Below, piece after piece: positions 13,177 to 26,733 of a stretch of 64,000 nucleotides of DNA. Each line of letters begins with the position of its first letter. The stretch's first letter is position 1. The stretch lies in NCBI GenBank assembly GCA_011109175.1, contig RDEW01000021.1, forward strand, positions 445,080 to 509,079, in the 5' to 3' direction. A program made the position numbers and the translations under genes. Source of the DNA: Dicyema japonicum. Its lineage: Eukaryota > Animalia > Dicyemida. A model generated the notes under the pieces. The model searched no databases. It was not told where the DNA came from and was given only the letters and a program-made list of their open reading frames with translations.

Positions 13177-14013
13177 TAGGGCGATTTTAGTCAATAAAGT
13201 CAAAAATTGATATGTTTTTTAAAATCGCTTAAAACTTATAAAAATGTAATTTTTAATCAAAAATATTAATCAAAAGTTATAAAGTCAAAAAAAGTCAAAT
13301 TTTAATAATTTTGTATTACTGGTATCTGATGCAGCCATATACATGGTAGCTGCCGCACGGGTATTGAAGGTTTTATACACGAATTTGCATCATGTAACAT
13401 GTGTTCTTCATCTTCTTCATAACTGTTGCCTTAAAATAAGAGGATATTTTAAGGATGTGGATTTTTTAATTTCATCGATAAAGGTCGCGACTGTCAAAAA
13501 CAAGACACGAAGAGAAAAATTTGCTGAAATCGGGTATCCACCTGAAGTTATTCTAACAAGATGGGGGAGTTGGATGGAAGCAGCCCGCTATTATTGCAAA
13601 AATTACACAGAAATAAAAAAAATAATTGAAAGTTTCGATGGAGAAAGGATTTTAGTCGAAAGATGTTTGCAAGCGGTTTGTCAAAACGAACTACGTACGA
13701 ATTTATCATTAATATTATGCCAATATGACGATATATGTGAAATGATAAAGAAGGCAGAAAAAACCTATTTCACTATAGAAGATGCTGTTGAAGACATAAA
13801 GAAATTCCATTTCGGGGACGATTTATGTGGAATCGAAAAGTATCTAGAATCAAGATTATCTGTAAATCAAGTGCTATTAAAAATATTAAAAAAAATTTTT
13901 GTAGATAAATTTATCATAAAGTCAAAAAAGGTCAATATTTTGAAATTTTAAGATCAATAAAGTCAATTTTTAGGTCAAAATTTCAGATTTATTAAGTCAA
14001 AAAAATCGCCCTA
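13177..14013 (+). mobile_element. 837-bp internally deleted CGGBP1/DUF659-like hAT element with an open 202-aa transposase fragment
   Basis: TIRs TAGGGCGATTT (13177-13187) and AAATCGCCCTA (14003-14013). Perfect 8-bp TSD TTAATCAG. AAAGTCAAAA subterminal repeats. The frame reads LVSDAAIYM...HVTCVLHLLHNCC...PPEVILTRWGSW. Confidence 0.92.
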
Positions 14014-14586
14014 TTAATCAGAATATAATTGGAAAATGATAATTTAGAGACCTTTTATGATCTGAAGAAGATGAAAGATTACGAAGTCATGAACGTGCTT
14101 TCACAGTGCACCTTAGTGTAGTTAAACAAGGAACTCTTGAAAAGCAGAGGTTGTGAATTCATTACGAAAAAACAAAATAACAAAAAATGACATATTTCTT
14201 TATCAAAAATGAAAATCTAATGATTTATCTTGTTTTTAATAGGCCAGATACTCAAGCATTCAGAATCTGATTATTCGCCAGAAATTTCGTTGGATCGCTT
14301 AATTAATTTACTCCAGTATGATGAAGACGAAGACTTACCGATGTCACGGAATTCTGCTCGAAGACAGGCTTTGCTTGCAGCAGAAACAATGCGAAAAAAA
14401 AGAAGCTGGAAAAATAATGAATCTTTGGTTGTTAGAAATAAAGATGTGATTTAAATTCATCGACGAATAAAGTCTCGTTATATGAAGATTCAGACACTAC
14501 AATTTATCAAATAGTGGACATAAGATCAGATGAATGTAAAACACAAAACATGGTAGTTCATCGAAGCAGAGTAAAACGATTTAATT

Positions 14587-14891
14587 CAGTGGTTCTCAAC
14601 CTGGGGTTTGCGAAAGATTTTACGTATTTATGCGAACATGGCTTTTCAGCACTTCTCAATATAAAAAATACTCATCGTGCAAGACTGAATATTGAGGATG
14701 ACATCAGAGTATGTTTGTCGACAACCGAGCTTCAAATTGAAAAAAATTGCTTCAAAATAACAACATAAACCTTCTCATTTATTTTATTTCCCTTTTTAAT
14801 AAATTGTATTATTAAAAAAATAATAATTTTTGACAAAAAACTTGTAAAAATATGTTGGGGGTCCGCGATCAAAAAAGGTTGAGAACCACTG
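14587..14891 (+). mobile_element. 305-bp Buster-type hAT MITE retaining the transposase C-terminus
   Basis: TIRs CAGTGGTTCTCAACCT and AGGTTGAGAACCACTG. TSD ATTTAATT/ATGTAATA matches 6/8. It encodes TYLCEHGFSALLNIKNTHRARLNIEDDIRVCLS. Confidence 0.88.
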
Positions 14892-15564
14892 ATGTAATAG
14901 AATGATTTTTTATTTTCGGAAAACTTTGATCTTTTTTGGATCAATGTTGAGATTTTATTAAAAATATGTTGAGATTAGATAAACGTAGTCAGGGATGAGA
15001 TTAGATTGATTTTCTTTGTTAAAGTTATTAAAAACTTAATCCACAGAGGGATTTCACAAAATATTAAAATAAAATATTGAAAATAATTAAATTAAATTAA
15101 TTAGATATATACAAACATGTAAAAAATTTAATTTGATTCAACCTTTAGTATGATAAGAAGTGGTCCATGGGAATTTTTAACAAAGAAAGTGGTCCATTTG
15201 CTGAAAAAGGTTGGAAACCCTTGATTTAAAGTCAATTTCTTAAAAATTGTATACCGAAATATTTATTAGGCAATTTTTGTAATAACACCATTTTTGTTTT
15301 TTTAATTTTTTTATTTAAAACAATTATTTAACAAAGAAACAAATGTTAATTGAGGAAGCCTGCTGCGCGAATGAGTTCCCTTAAATTAAAAAATATAATT
15401 GCTAATTCATTTAGTTGCCATAAATGCCATTTTTACTTTTAATTAATTTTTTTAATAAAAAATAAAATATTAAACTCGTGTAAGATTACTATTCATTGTT
15501 AGTCCACGTTCGAAATTATCACAATTTACATTAAAAGAAGTATGGGTTTTCAAGTCTAAGTGAA

Positions 15565-16940
15565 AACACTTTTCATCACTGTGAGAATTCATCAAATCAA
15601 TCCAAGAAAATTTCAAAAAAAACCAAAACCATAATTTATAAAAAAAAATTAATGAATTAGTTTACTGTTTTCATTAATCACTTTCATACAAACGATTAAT
15701 CACTTTCATACAAAACGATTCACGATTCACATACAAACGATTCAATTCGTAGGTTTTAGATCCTTTATTTTTTCCATTTTAAAAACACGTTCTCTATTGA
15801 GTTCACGAAGGCCGAATATGATGAAAAATTTCATTTTTTTCATTAGTCGAGAATCAGCAATTTTATGTTTTTTAAATTGCTGCGTTCAGAATGACTAAAA
15901 TATTAGTAAGACTTAATGATTGAAATAATCAAGAGTCACTTATGTATCCCATAAAACTCTCAGAATTAAATGGCTTAGTTGAAATTTTGTAAAAAGTTAT
16001 TCCTATTTTATACATTACGCAGCAAACACTAATGTTTTTTTATCTTAAACTACGGACATTCTTCGTTCAGGTAATATTTTAATTTTCTTAAAAGTATAAT
16101 TGAATTCTTTCAGGCGGTAATAAATAGTCGTACACGATATTTTTATATTCATTTTTTGAAATATTTCATTAGAAAGTCTCGAACAAGAGATATCACATTC
16201 TTCATTCATTCTTTTTCTTATGAAGTCAGATATTTCCTCAGTTATCTTAATGTTTTTGGACCTCCTTTAGGTTTGTTAGAAATTATTTCATATTTTTTTG
16301 AATTCCGCTATGATACGGTAAAATGGTTTAGTGGAAAATCAAGAATTTTAGAAATATGTTTGACTTGAAAACCATTGTTGTACATGTTATTGATAACTTG
16401 TCTATTTTCACTTTTTAAAATTCCCCAACATTAGCAAAAAACACAAAGTTAGAGATAACTGTGAAGGGTTCCCATTCAAAATGGCCTCCAATCAATTTTT
16501 GTCAAGACAAGTTCATCAATAAACATGACGAGATATTTTACAATGTGATTGACATCTTTAGGTAAAAAAGTCTTTTAAACTTTAAATTTTTTACCTAAAG
16601 ATATCGAGGACCTTGGTAAACTGTTCCATTTACCGATATGACCTACTAAAATCGATTTTTATAAGATACAAAAAAGATGACTTTTTACCTAATGATGTCG
16701 TTTCGATAAAATCTCGTTATGTTTTTTAATGAACTTATCTAAAACTTGACAAAAATAATTGGAGGCCATTTTGAATGACACGCTGTGAAGATATAAAATA
16801 TATAGACCCACGTGGTCACATGGAGAGTAAATGTAATCAATTCTATCCTAGATGTTAAAATATCTCGGATTGATGTGACAGATTATCGAAAAATGTCAAA
16901 ATATCTCGGATTGATGTGACGAAATTCTCAGAAATTTTAG
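15565..16940 (+). repeat. Non-coding interspersed repeat of unknown class (paralog at 62503-63010)
   Basis: Collinear blocks are shared with 62503-63010, for example CATCACTGTGAGAATTCATCA, CGTTCAGGTAATATTT, CATTAGAAAGTCTCGAACAAGA and GAATTCCGCTATGAT. Confidence 0.75.
16467..16782. mobile_element. Foldback MITE with long imperfect inverted arms and 8-bp TSD
   Basis: Arms CATTCAAAATGGCCTCCAAT..TTTTTGTCAAG and CTTGACAAAAA..ATTGGAGGCCATTTTGAATG. Direct repeat CTGTGAAG at 16459-16466 and 16783-16790. The element is absent from the paralogous site near 62925. Confidence 0.8.
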
Positions 16941-17522
16941 TTGCCATAAAATTTCCCTAATTAAGGTTTCAATAAGTCTGTCAAATAAAGTAGTTTAGTA
17001 TAGTAAAACGTGACTTGAGATTTTTAATAATGCCAATGTTAATTGGCTGAAGCAAACCCGTCTATTAGAAACATTATTTTTATAAATTCAAAGTTCTCGG
17101 GTCCAAGACGGTCTCTTTTCTAAGATAACTTGGGTCACTGATATCGAAAGTGAGTAATGAGCGTCGGGACACCAAGAGGCAGTTACAAAGGATTTTCTGG
17201 CAGTTGTCAGAGGAAACTCCCTCTAAAATCTTTCAGTGGATTATTTTTATTGTTTTGTCACGTATTAAATACATATTGTGTCTGAATAAAACCTGGCGTA
17301 GACTATTAATAAATCTGAATAAAACCGATAAAACTATTCAATCAGACAAAATTAAAATGATCTATAAAATCGATAAAAATCGTAACGATATTATATATAA
17401 AATAAAGTAAAATTTGGTTAGAAATAATCTAGTTAAATTTAAATTTTTTTAAAAAATTAAAAAAATAATAATAATCGAATAAAATATTAAAGTATTCATT
17501 TAATAATAAATTTTTGTGTTGT

Positions 17523-18602
17523 GATGCCGTATGTTTTACATTTTCAATTCCAGAGTTTTAAATATATTTTACAATAACAACGGAAGTTTGGCTATTAAAA
17601 AGATTATTTCTCAATGCTCTACGACCTCGAAGACTTTAAAAGAAGTTTCCGTATATCAAAAATTTAGATCTTTGACGTCGACTTTTTTGATAAATGCAGC
17701 ATAGAATACTTCGTTTTGTTTGCCGCCCATAGTACCGACAAATACGTGGTTTAATGTCACATAATTTGCAGTATTACTTTCAAACGAAGAAGAACCTGAA
17801 AAAATTTCTCAAGAAAAAAGATGAATTCGTCTTCCAAGTTTACGTCGTGAAGTCTGAGGATTCTTTCGAGTCCATTTTGGATTTGCTTTTTTGCCCCACG
17901 GCACGAATACAGCTCGGAAAGGTACTCAAGAAGATGCACAAGTCGAGGATCCTGTTTTCCCTGAGTCCCTAATTCGCAGAGTTTCCTTTTCATTGTCCGG
18001 GGATTTCTCATCCTTCGACGTGTATACAAAAATCATACCCAACAAGTCTGTACAAGAACAGCCCAAGGAAGACCTTATCGAGAAGCTACGAGAAGAAATC
18101 TCATCCAACCACAACCAAGTGATTGGAGAGCTGGCAAGTATTAACGACAGGATCGACAATACAGAATGTATTGGTTTTACTTACTTTTAGATCGCCTGAG
18201 AACAAGGCATTATTGTTGCTTACTCTTAGTGTGGACACTCAACTCAATTTGTGCCATTTAAAAAATATGGTGGACGATTTAACCGAAGATCTTTCATGCA
18301 AAAACAACAATCTTATGAATTTGTACTTAAAAAGTCATTTTTTGTTATTTCTTGTAGACCACTATACTCTGGAGGATAATTTAGAATATTTTTCTAAAAA
18401 TTTTGATTACATTCCGGCCGCAATATATGAAACTTACAGCTTATTTGATAAAACATATGAAATAAAAGTTTCTAAAACTCAATGTGACCTCGGGGATAGT
18501 ATCAAAAATCTCGGGAATTACTTTGAAAAACAGAATAAAGAAATTAAGGGTTTTTACCCATTTCATTGTAGGTCTTATTTTAGCCATGAAACTGAAACGT
18601 GA
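17523..18602 (+). CDS. Hypothetical multi-exon gene; 3' part not resolvable into one frame
   Basis: GT-AG micro-introns join MPVLNIFYNNNG...KTLKE|IFDVDFF...TDKY|YYFQTKKNLKKFL in frame. The downstream ORFs (17891, 18123) need unresolved frame changes. No family was recognised. Confidence 0.4.
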
Positions 18603-19199
18603 GCCATCTTGTCACTCAATTTGTTCGGAGGACTTCATCTCAGTCAGTGAGACAGAGTCCTCTATTTTCCAACAAGATAGTTGATTTTTTCCCAATTCTT
18701 TCATTTTGTATTAACTTTTGTTTTTATGAATTGTCTTATTGATTTTACATTGGATTACTGCTAATTGAATTATTGATTATAAGCTTACATGGAGTTGGGT
18801 GCTTTTTAGCTAATTTTTGGATTTTTAAATATTCTGGGGGAATCTGTTTGGATATGATAGAAATTCTGGGATGCTGGTCAGTCGACTTTTATAAAAGGGG
18901 AGTTATAACAAGTTTGATTTATCGACTTTTCTTAATTGAAATGAAGTCTTTAACAACGAGAATTTAATTGCTATTCTTATGATGTTTGATAATAAAACGT
19001 GACGTAAGTGGCCTACCAGTTGTGATAGTTATGGAGGGGCTCAGGGTGCAGGTAATGCATCACGAAAAAGGACCATTAGCTCTCTATTTTCTGTTGAAGA
19101 ATTTCTGACATGACTTTTCAGAAGCCTGTTTCTGACCAACGCAAACCAAAAGATCTCTGTTATTTAGCTGAACGTGATCGGGGCTAAAGGGTAATTATG

Positions 19200-20410
19200 G
19201 AACTTATTTCAGAATTTGTGATTGGCATAGTGCTCATTCGAGAATAGAAGCTATCGTCTAATGGCACTACACCTTTTTTCCTGGATTTAACATAATACGA
19301 GCTGATCGTATAGGAAACGTGGTGGAGGACTACTCACATCAATCACTTAGAGCCTGCAAAAACGAAGGTAATTCACAGGAAATAAAGAAACTCGTGGGAA
19401 ATGATGAAATAAGTCGGGAATACGGAAATTGTTCTTAGTGAATATTCATGTACCCTTTTCTTGGTCATGGCCAAAAAATACTCAATGGTTGACCTTTCAG
19501 TTCTGGGGAGTTTAAATGATGTTTTAATCTGTGGGGATATTAACTTCAAGTATCCCCTCTGGCTGACAGAACCACCCGCAGATACATGTGGGAATTTACT
19601 GCTGTTTCAGACAGGCCCCCTGACAGTCATAAATGACCTTTCCAAAAACAGCTGAAGAGCTTCTCCATTGACAAAGCAATCACCTATATCAACAATTTCA
19701 TTCCGGAAGAAAGACACACCAGTTATACCAGTGCCCATGGAAGGATGGCTCTAATCAAAAAAAGAAATCTACTCCAAATGACGGGGAGACTATCTCCTGA
19801 AGCAAGACTTTGTATAAAATCGTTGAACGATGAAATAAAAGCTAAAGAATTCAAAATAAAGAGAACAAACTTCCTGACATACAAATCAACCACCAGTCAT
19901 CTAACCTCCTTAGTGATATCATTCACTAGAAATCAGAAGTTTTATGCATAGTTGAAGAGTGTAAAGCCTTCCAACCTATTCCCAGGAAGCACATTACTTG
20001 AAAAATATTTCAGACGGACATTCCTGGAAATTTCAAACTCTGGCTTGCTAACTTTTTTAGTAGGGGGACGATCTTCCCTCGGCTTATTCAGACAACATCG
20101 TTTTAGCATCACGGGATCAAGATGTCCAGAAAGCCACGGAGAGAGTAAAACATTACATGAACTGTTTACTTTTGTGGCTAATCGAGAACTGACTGACAAT
20201 TAGTCATGAGAAATCCGTCACATCCACCTCTGACAAGAAAATGTCAAACAAATCAATCAAAGTAGATGGGAAAGCATTGACATTTAAGAAATGGCAAAAA
20301 ATCCTGGGAGTGATCTTTGATGCATATATGTGTTTTTTGTGGCATGTCGGAAATGTGTTAAGCAAATGTGAGAAAATCCTAACTGGCTAAAGAAAATCAG
20401 GAAACACCCC
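19200..20410 (+). mobile_element. Decayed APE-type LINE (endonuclease and RT fragments)
   Basis: Fragments read FNIIRADRIG..GGGL, VNIHVP, VLICGDINFKYPLW and KILGVIFD. Confidence 0.75.
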
Positions 20411-20444
20411 GTAATAAAACGCCATTTCCTATCCTTGTGCCTCA

Positions 20445-21900
20445 TCTTATTTTATTTATTTAACCCCAAGACCACCAGGAAAAATAAGTCAAAACTAACT
20501 AATTAGGTGATCCCAGCCTCCAACAACATTCGAACTCTCTTCATCTGGTCTTCTGATGACCCAACCGCATTCCGGAAGCGCCTTCTCTTCTTTCTGCAAA
20601 GGAATTCAATCGGATTGCACTTTTTTATAACCGACCGAAATTCCTCTGCATGGGCCATTTTTTCCTGAGTGGGTTTCCCAGTTCCTTCAGAAACGTAGGA
20701 AACCCTGGCCATTCTTCAACGTCGCCTCCTCTGAAAGCAGACTGGGGACGGATGTGGAGTCTGATTGTATGTGCCTCATCATCTTCTGTCTGAGAGAATT
20801 CACAGGCTCCACCCTCGTAGAAGGAATGACGAATCTCCAGGCAGAACAGGCATATTCAATCGTCGGCGCAATGACTTGAAGATATACTTTGCTGATACAA
20901 GCAGTAGGAAGGAAAAGGCTCTTCTTTACGATGCCTTTTAGGATGTTTCATTTTCAAAGACTCTTGGTTGACACCTCCTCCGTGTGACTGGCAAACGTCA
21001 TCAGAGTCGAAAGTTACTCCAAAGATCTTCTTGATTCGTGAATAAAGGATGGGAATGTCTCCGAGAAATATCTTAAGTCAACTTTTAAATCTTCTGTCCG
21101 TAGTAAATAGCGTGAACTGAGACTTGGATGCAGACACAGACAGCAAATTCATGGAAAGCCAGTCACACACCTGGTTAAGGTGTGACTGAACCACCGCCAC
21201 AGCCCAAAAGGGAGACTTGTCCCTTGCAGCAATAATCAAGTCATCTGCATAAGATAAAAACATGGTATCCTGATAATTGGTGGTAGGTAAATCGTGTAGA
21301 AATAAGTTAAATAAGAGAAGAGACAGAGGGGGGCCTTGCGGGACTCCATTGGGGAGTAGTCTTGATTTTGAAGTGGTTTTGTCAATCCGGACTCTTCTGC
21401 GTCGCCCAGTCAAGAAATTTTCCAGCCATAGCTTGATGTTCGGATGTAAGTTGGAATTAAAAATTTTTTACGTTAAGAGTTTCCTCGGAACAGAATCAAA
21501 GGCCTTCTGTGTATCGATGGATACTAAGGCCGTCCGTAAGTGTGTTTTTATGTTGAAGCCGTGAACTGGGAGATAGAACCCAAATGAGTCGTTGTAGAAC
21601 GGTCTGCCTTGAAACCATGTTGAAACTCTGGTAGATGTAGAACAGGACAGAAGCGCATTAACACAAGCTTTATAGTACTTTTGATAAAACACAAGTTATT
21701 GAGATGTGCTTTACGAGAGCCTTCGATCTCTTGGACTAATGCTTAGAAAATTACGGCTACAAAAAAGGGCTTTGGGGTGAGAAAGAAGTGGTCTAAGGAC
21801 AAAAGGAACATGTTGCTGACACCCTTTGAGATCCTAATGGAATAACCTCATGTCCACCCTATGCAAACAGAACATTCTCACGAGGATGTGGAATAAACAT
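20445..21900 (-). mobile_element. APE-type LINE 3' half (RT to 3' tail), 'GIT*' family
   Basis: Motifs include ALVSIDTQKAFDSVP and NGVPQGPPLSLLLFNLFLHDLP...YADDLII. The ORF ends RMLLEAGIT* at 20503 and is followed by a (TAAA)n-like tail. Confidence 0.9.
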
Positions 21901-22049
21901 TGGGCTTTCACCAACTCTGGGAGGACGCCTCCTTTCGATAACTTGGAGAACAAGAACTTTTTAAACAAAATCATGAAGTATTATTTATCCGTGCGTTTTA
22001 TCCCGCACTAGAAACTTGAAGGTCCTTCCCTCTCATCCATCAAGCCCAA

Positions 22050-23100
22050 GCATAACTCCACCATAATTATTCTTTCAATGGGGGATATAGGAAAAATAAT
22101 TCAAAATCATAAATCAATTTATTCCAGCGGTCCAAATGGAATCCCGACAATAGTATTTAAAAGATAAGCCCTTATGCTATCATGTCCTCACTCTCGATCA
22201 GATTAAACTTTACTCTCTCGACGTATCCTTTCAGAAAAGTCACTCTATGGCAACTCATTTTACATACCTAACAAAATTCATTACTGAAGGCTTATAATGC
22301 AAGCCTCGGTATCAAAAGTCTATAGGATGATCTAATGATATACAGAAGGATTTTGATTTCGTCCCAAGGAAATTAAATTCTAAAAAGATCTTTGTCTCAG
22401 ACATCCCAGACAATTTAAAAATTTGGATTGCAAACTTTTCTAACGGACGAAGAGTTATGATAGTTGTACGTTTCACGAAATCTGTCACCCATTTTGTTCA
22501 ACATCTTTCTGAACGATATGTCCTCCCATACCAGCGACAACACTCTGGTTCTCGCATGTGCTGAAAATACAATCATCAAGAGACCAATATGTTTACACAG
22601 CAGCTGCTCCCTTATTTATTAGACCACTTTTGCAGGATGAGAAACCTATTATACACAAATCCTGAAAGGTCATCTCAATGGGAGACTGATTCTGTACTAC
22701 TCGTAGCCATCAATGGAGATATAATTCCCTCCACAAACTCTGTCAATTTATTTGGTATCACGTACTACTCCCTCATTCATTAAACAATTTAACGACGCCA
22801 TCTCCTCATGCCAACAAAAATTGAATGTTGTAAAGACACTAAGAAGGGTGCTTCAACTCAACGTTAAACTCACTCTGTAATACAAACGACAATTAGCTAT
22901 GACCGTGCTGGATGAGGTACAAACCTGTCAGAAACAAATCTAAAGAAGATCGATGACTTTCAGGCAACAGTCAAGAGAATTCTACAAAAGTTCTACTTGG
23001 CTGTTGAGACCAACTCCTTTCAAGGTTCTAGTGAAAAGAACGGGAGCCCGATTGACATCTCCAAAGTTTCCACAAGTAACATGAGCAAAACTGCGTCGGA
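22050..23100 (+). mobile_element. Highly decayed LINE RT remnant
   Basis: Short matches to LINE RT consensus, such as GPNGIPTIVFK, KDFDFVPRK and WIANFLTD, are interrupted by many stops. Confidence 0.55.
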
Positions 23101-23683
23101 TCTCAGGATGAACACCCAGTAAAGGTGAGATGACCACTGACTCCCGTGTATTCCATCATGATTTCTCAGTGTACCAAAATAAACTTAAAAATATTTGTAT
23201 TGATTCTTTGTCTTAATAAAAAACAATCAAATCTCAAATATATGGAAAAAGGTTCTACTTATTCCGTGTACTAAAATCAAACTCGGAAAATTCTAACCTC
23301 ATGCCTATCTTCTTTCTGTTTTTAAAGCCCCTCTTGGAGGAACGGGCTAATTTCCGTTGATAGTGAGAATTCTTATCTCGTTAAATCAATCAAATTACTA
23401 TGCAAATCATCTCTAGAAGATATTGATTTGGTGGATTTCTTACAAAACTCTCAAGTTGTAGATATTTCACAAATAGTTCAGTTCTCTCTTCATTATTTAA
23501 TTTACTCCTCCAAAATCGTCACTTTTCATCCTCTGATAAAAAGCAATCCAATAGGAGGGGATTGATATCCCATTAAGAGTCAAAAAAGGTGCCGAGTTTG
23601 TCAGTCTTCTATGGAAGTAAAAATCATAGAGCTCGACTTTTCAGGACATGTGTGTAATAAATTCCTCGTAAGCCAACAGTTCA

Positions 23684-25326
23684 GGTTGTCCAGTAAGGTA
23701 CTAGGACATTTGGCCGACAGGACATTTAGTCGACAATTCAATTAAGAATAAATGATCAAGAAATACATTATGTATTTTAATAACGGTAAAAAATGGAATG
23801 TACAAAAACTACTCGTGGAAGAAAACTTATGCATGATGACTATGCGTACATTATGGATAAACAGAGAGACAATATCATATATTGGAGATGTAAGCTGAAA
23901 GGAAAGTGCAAAGGCATAGTAAGAACTGTTGACGAAGAACTTAATGGAAATATGAAACCACACGAACATCCACCAAATGCAAAACGTTTACATGCGCTGA
24001 AACCGTCAATGCGATAAAGAAGAGAGCGAGAGATTCTGAAGGAACTACATCCACAGTTATCCAAAATTGTTTAAGCACATACCCCATTGATGCTGCTTTT
24101 GCGCTACCCAAAAAAACCTTTACACGTACTGTTCGACGACAGCGTACAGATCAAATACAAGACGGTAATGTTCTACTGATGAACTTAAAAGTACTCTCAA
24201 AGGAGATGATTTTGTGCTACACGATAGTGATGGATTGCTTATATTAACAAGAAACCTTGATCTTATGTCTATGAAAGAACATTGGTTATGTGATGGTACT
24301 TTTGATTCAGCTCCATTAGGTTTTCAGTTATATACATGTTACATTATATGAAACATGTACGGTTCCATTAGTGTACGCTATTGCTCGAGAAAAATCTTAA
24401 CAAATGTATGAACAAATATTTTCAACACTGAAAGAGAAAAAAACCACAATTGAATCCACTATCATTTACCATAGATTATGAGCGAGCAGCGATCAATGCT
24501 ATCAACAGAATTTTTCCAAATGCAAATGTGTATGGATGCTACTTTCACTTTGGGCAGTGTTTATGGCGAAAATACAAAATCTAGGACTGCAGGCATGGTA
24601 TAATGACCCAGAAATGCAAACTTAATTAAAAGTATTCAAGCACTGGCATTTGTTCCTGTACCTCAAGTCATTGAGAGTTTCCGAGCGCTCCTTGAAACTA
24701 TAGATGACGAGACTGATGACGTGTTGGGAGATTTTCTGACCTATTTTGAGACAACATGGATCGGAGCCTTGCAACGTGGAAGGAAAAGAAGACCATTGTT
24801 TAGTTTGGAAATGTGGAATGTACACGACAGACAGGCAGAATGCCTCCCAAGAACTACGAATTCACTTGAAGGATGGCACAGATCTTTTCACAACGAGTGT
24901 CTATAAAACATCCAACCGTTTGTCGGCTTGTTGCAAAAATATGAAAAGAACAGTCAGAGTGGGAGCTCACAATAGAACAGGTGATAGCCGTAGTAACAAT
25001 AAGACAAGTAAAGAAGAAATACCAGGATGTGAACAAAAGGATAAACAGTATTATTTAAAAATATGATGAATACACTCCATGGAATTTTTGAGTGCGCTTT
25101 CTCATAACCTTTAAGTAAATCTTAACTGTTTTACCTACAGAACAATGAGTATTGATGTGTCTTTTTGACTCATTTTATTTGATGTTTTTATCTTGAATTT
25201 TATCTCTGAATTTTAAAACAATGTGCTACTAAAAAGTATGGCATAATTCTTGGTTATTTGTGATAAATTTCCTGTTGACCAAATGTCTGTCGGCTAAATG
25301 TCCTGTGAGCCAAATGTCTGGACACC
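23684..25326 (+). mobile_element. Mutator/MULE DNA transposon with FLYWCH domain, frameshifted
   Basis: FLYWCH-like GRKLMHDDYAY...YWRC...KCKG...HEH. MULE core reads WLCDGTFDSAP, TIDYERA...GCYFHFGQCLW and PRTTNSLEGWHR. Inverted GGACATTTRGYCGACA subterminal repeats lie at both ends. No TSD was resolved. Confidence 0.9.
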
Positions 25327-25776
25327 GAAATCTTCTTGATTACTATATTGGTTATTGTTAGGGCATTTTTGCCATTTTTAAATTGAATTTAAATTTATTG
25401 AACGAGAAAATTCAGGGATCCCGGCCTCCCTCAGAAGTCTTCGCATGCTCGAACTTGAAGGAAGTCAAGGGGGAACTCCTCTGGATGGTTGCTGACTAAT
25501 GGTTCTTTTTGGATATAATTTAGGATTATATCTGGCGTCACCAGAGAACCACATAAAGCACGCTAACAATTCAAGCTCCCTGGAACCAAAAGGGGACGAG
25601 GAAAGACAAAACAAAAAATCTTCAATATCACCACACAAACGTTGGTGCTACAAATTTCCATGTTGTATGGGAAAATACAATTTTTGGAGGTTACTTGATT
25701 TATTTTAATGTATGACGAACAAATAGAGAAGCTTAAGGACAACTGACAAAGACAAAAAATGCTTATGGGTTTTTTT

Positions 25777-26126
25777 ATGACTGAAAAACGATACAGGTTA
25801 TCTTGGTTTTTTATCTCAGTGAAGTTATTTTGGAGATCTCCCACCAAACACTGTCGGTTTCCCACCTTAAAGAGACTCTCGAGTTGGTCATTAGTCATGA
25901 AAGATTTTTTGAAGAAAAGTTTGCTCATTTAAAAAAACATAAAATTTTAGAGGGAAAGAAGAATAATGTCACTAAATTGAACAGTCTGTCCTCCAAACTG
26001 AGCACAGAAATAACGAATTTGACGGCTGCCATGGGTCAACTTAGTCGATGGGTAATGAATACGATTTTTCCTCAAAGGAGACCAAAGTGGTCATATTATT
26101 AACATTAGATGAACGATCATTTAGAT
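25777..26126 (+). CDS. Small hypothetical gene whose stop codon is split by a hAT insertion
   Basis: Micro-introns of 23 nt and 26 nt give ...EKRYS|EVILEISHQ...LSRW|ETKVVILLTLDERSFR. At the reconstructed empty site the frame ends AGA TAA. The start codon is uncertain. Confidence 0.45.
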
Positions 26127-26733
26127 CAGGGGTTCTCAACCTTTTTTTGCTCGTCGACCCCTTGACTTTTTTTTCGACCCCCATATTATTTAATCGACCC
26201 CTTAAAACTTTTTTATTTAGAACAGACAATTCTAAGTAAAATTAGTTAATTATCTAAAATAAATTCATTGTTAATAATCAAATCAAACAAAAAAAAGTAT
26301 ATACTCGATGTTAAGTTGGTATCTTAGCATAAATCTATAATTAAAAAAAAGAATTAAATAGCATTGGGATCCCTGTGACTGNATTTAAAAAAACATAAAA
26401 TTTTAGAGGGAAAGAAGAATAATGTCACTAAATTGAACAGTCTGTCCTCCAAACTGAGCACAGAAATAACGAATTTGACGGCTGCCATGGGTCAACTTAG
26501 TCGATGGGTAATGAATACGATTTTTCCTCAAAAAAGACAAAAGTGGTCATATTATTAACATTAGATGAACGATCATTTAGATCAGGGGTTCNAACTTAAT
26601 TTAAATTGAAAAAGATTAAATATATTAAATTTATTTTCGACCCCCAAATATTTCATTTTCGACCCCCTTACGATCGATCTGGATTGATTTTAGACCCCTG
26701 GGGGTCGAATCGACCCCAGGTTGAGAACCCCTG
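26127..26733 (-). mobile_element. Buster-type hAT, same family as 1705-3497; middle collapsed in the assembly
   Basis: Both TIRs are present with a perfect TSD ATTTAGAT (26119-26126 and 26734-26741). The ends are near-identical to the ends of 1705-3497. Single Ns lie at 26382 and 26592. Confidence 0.9.
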
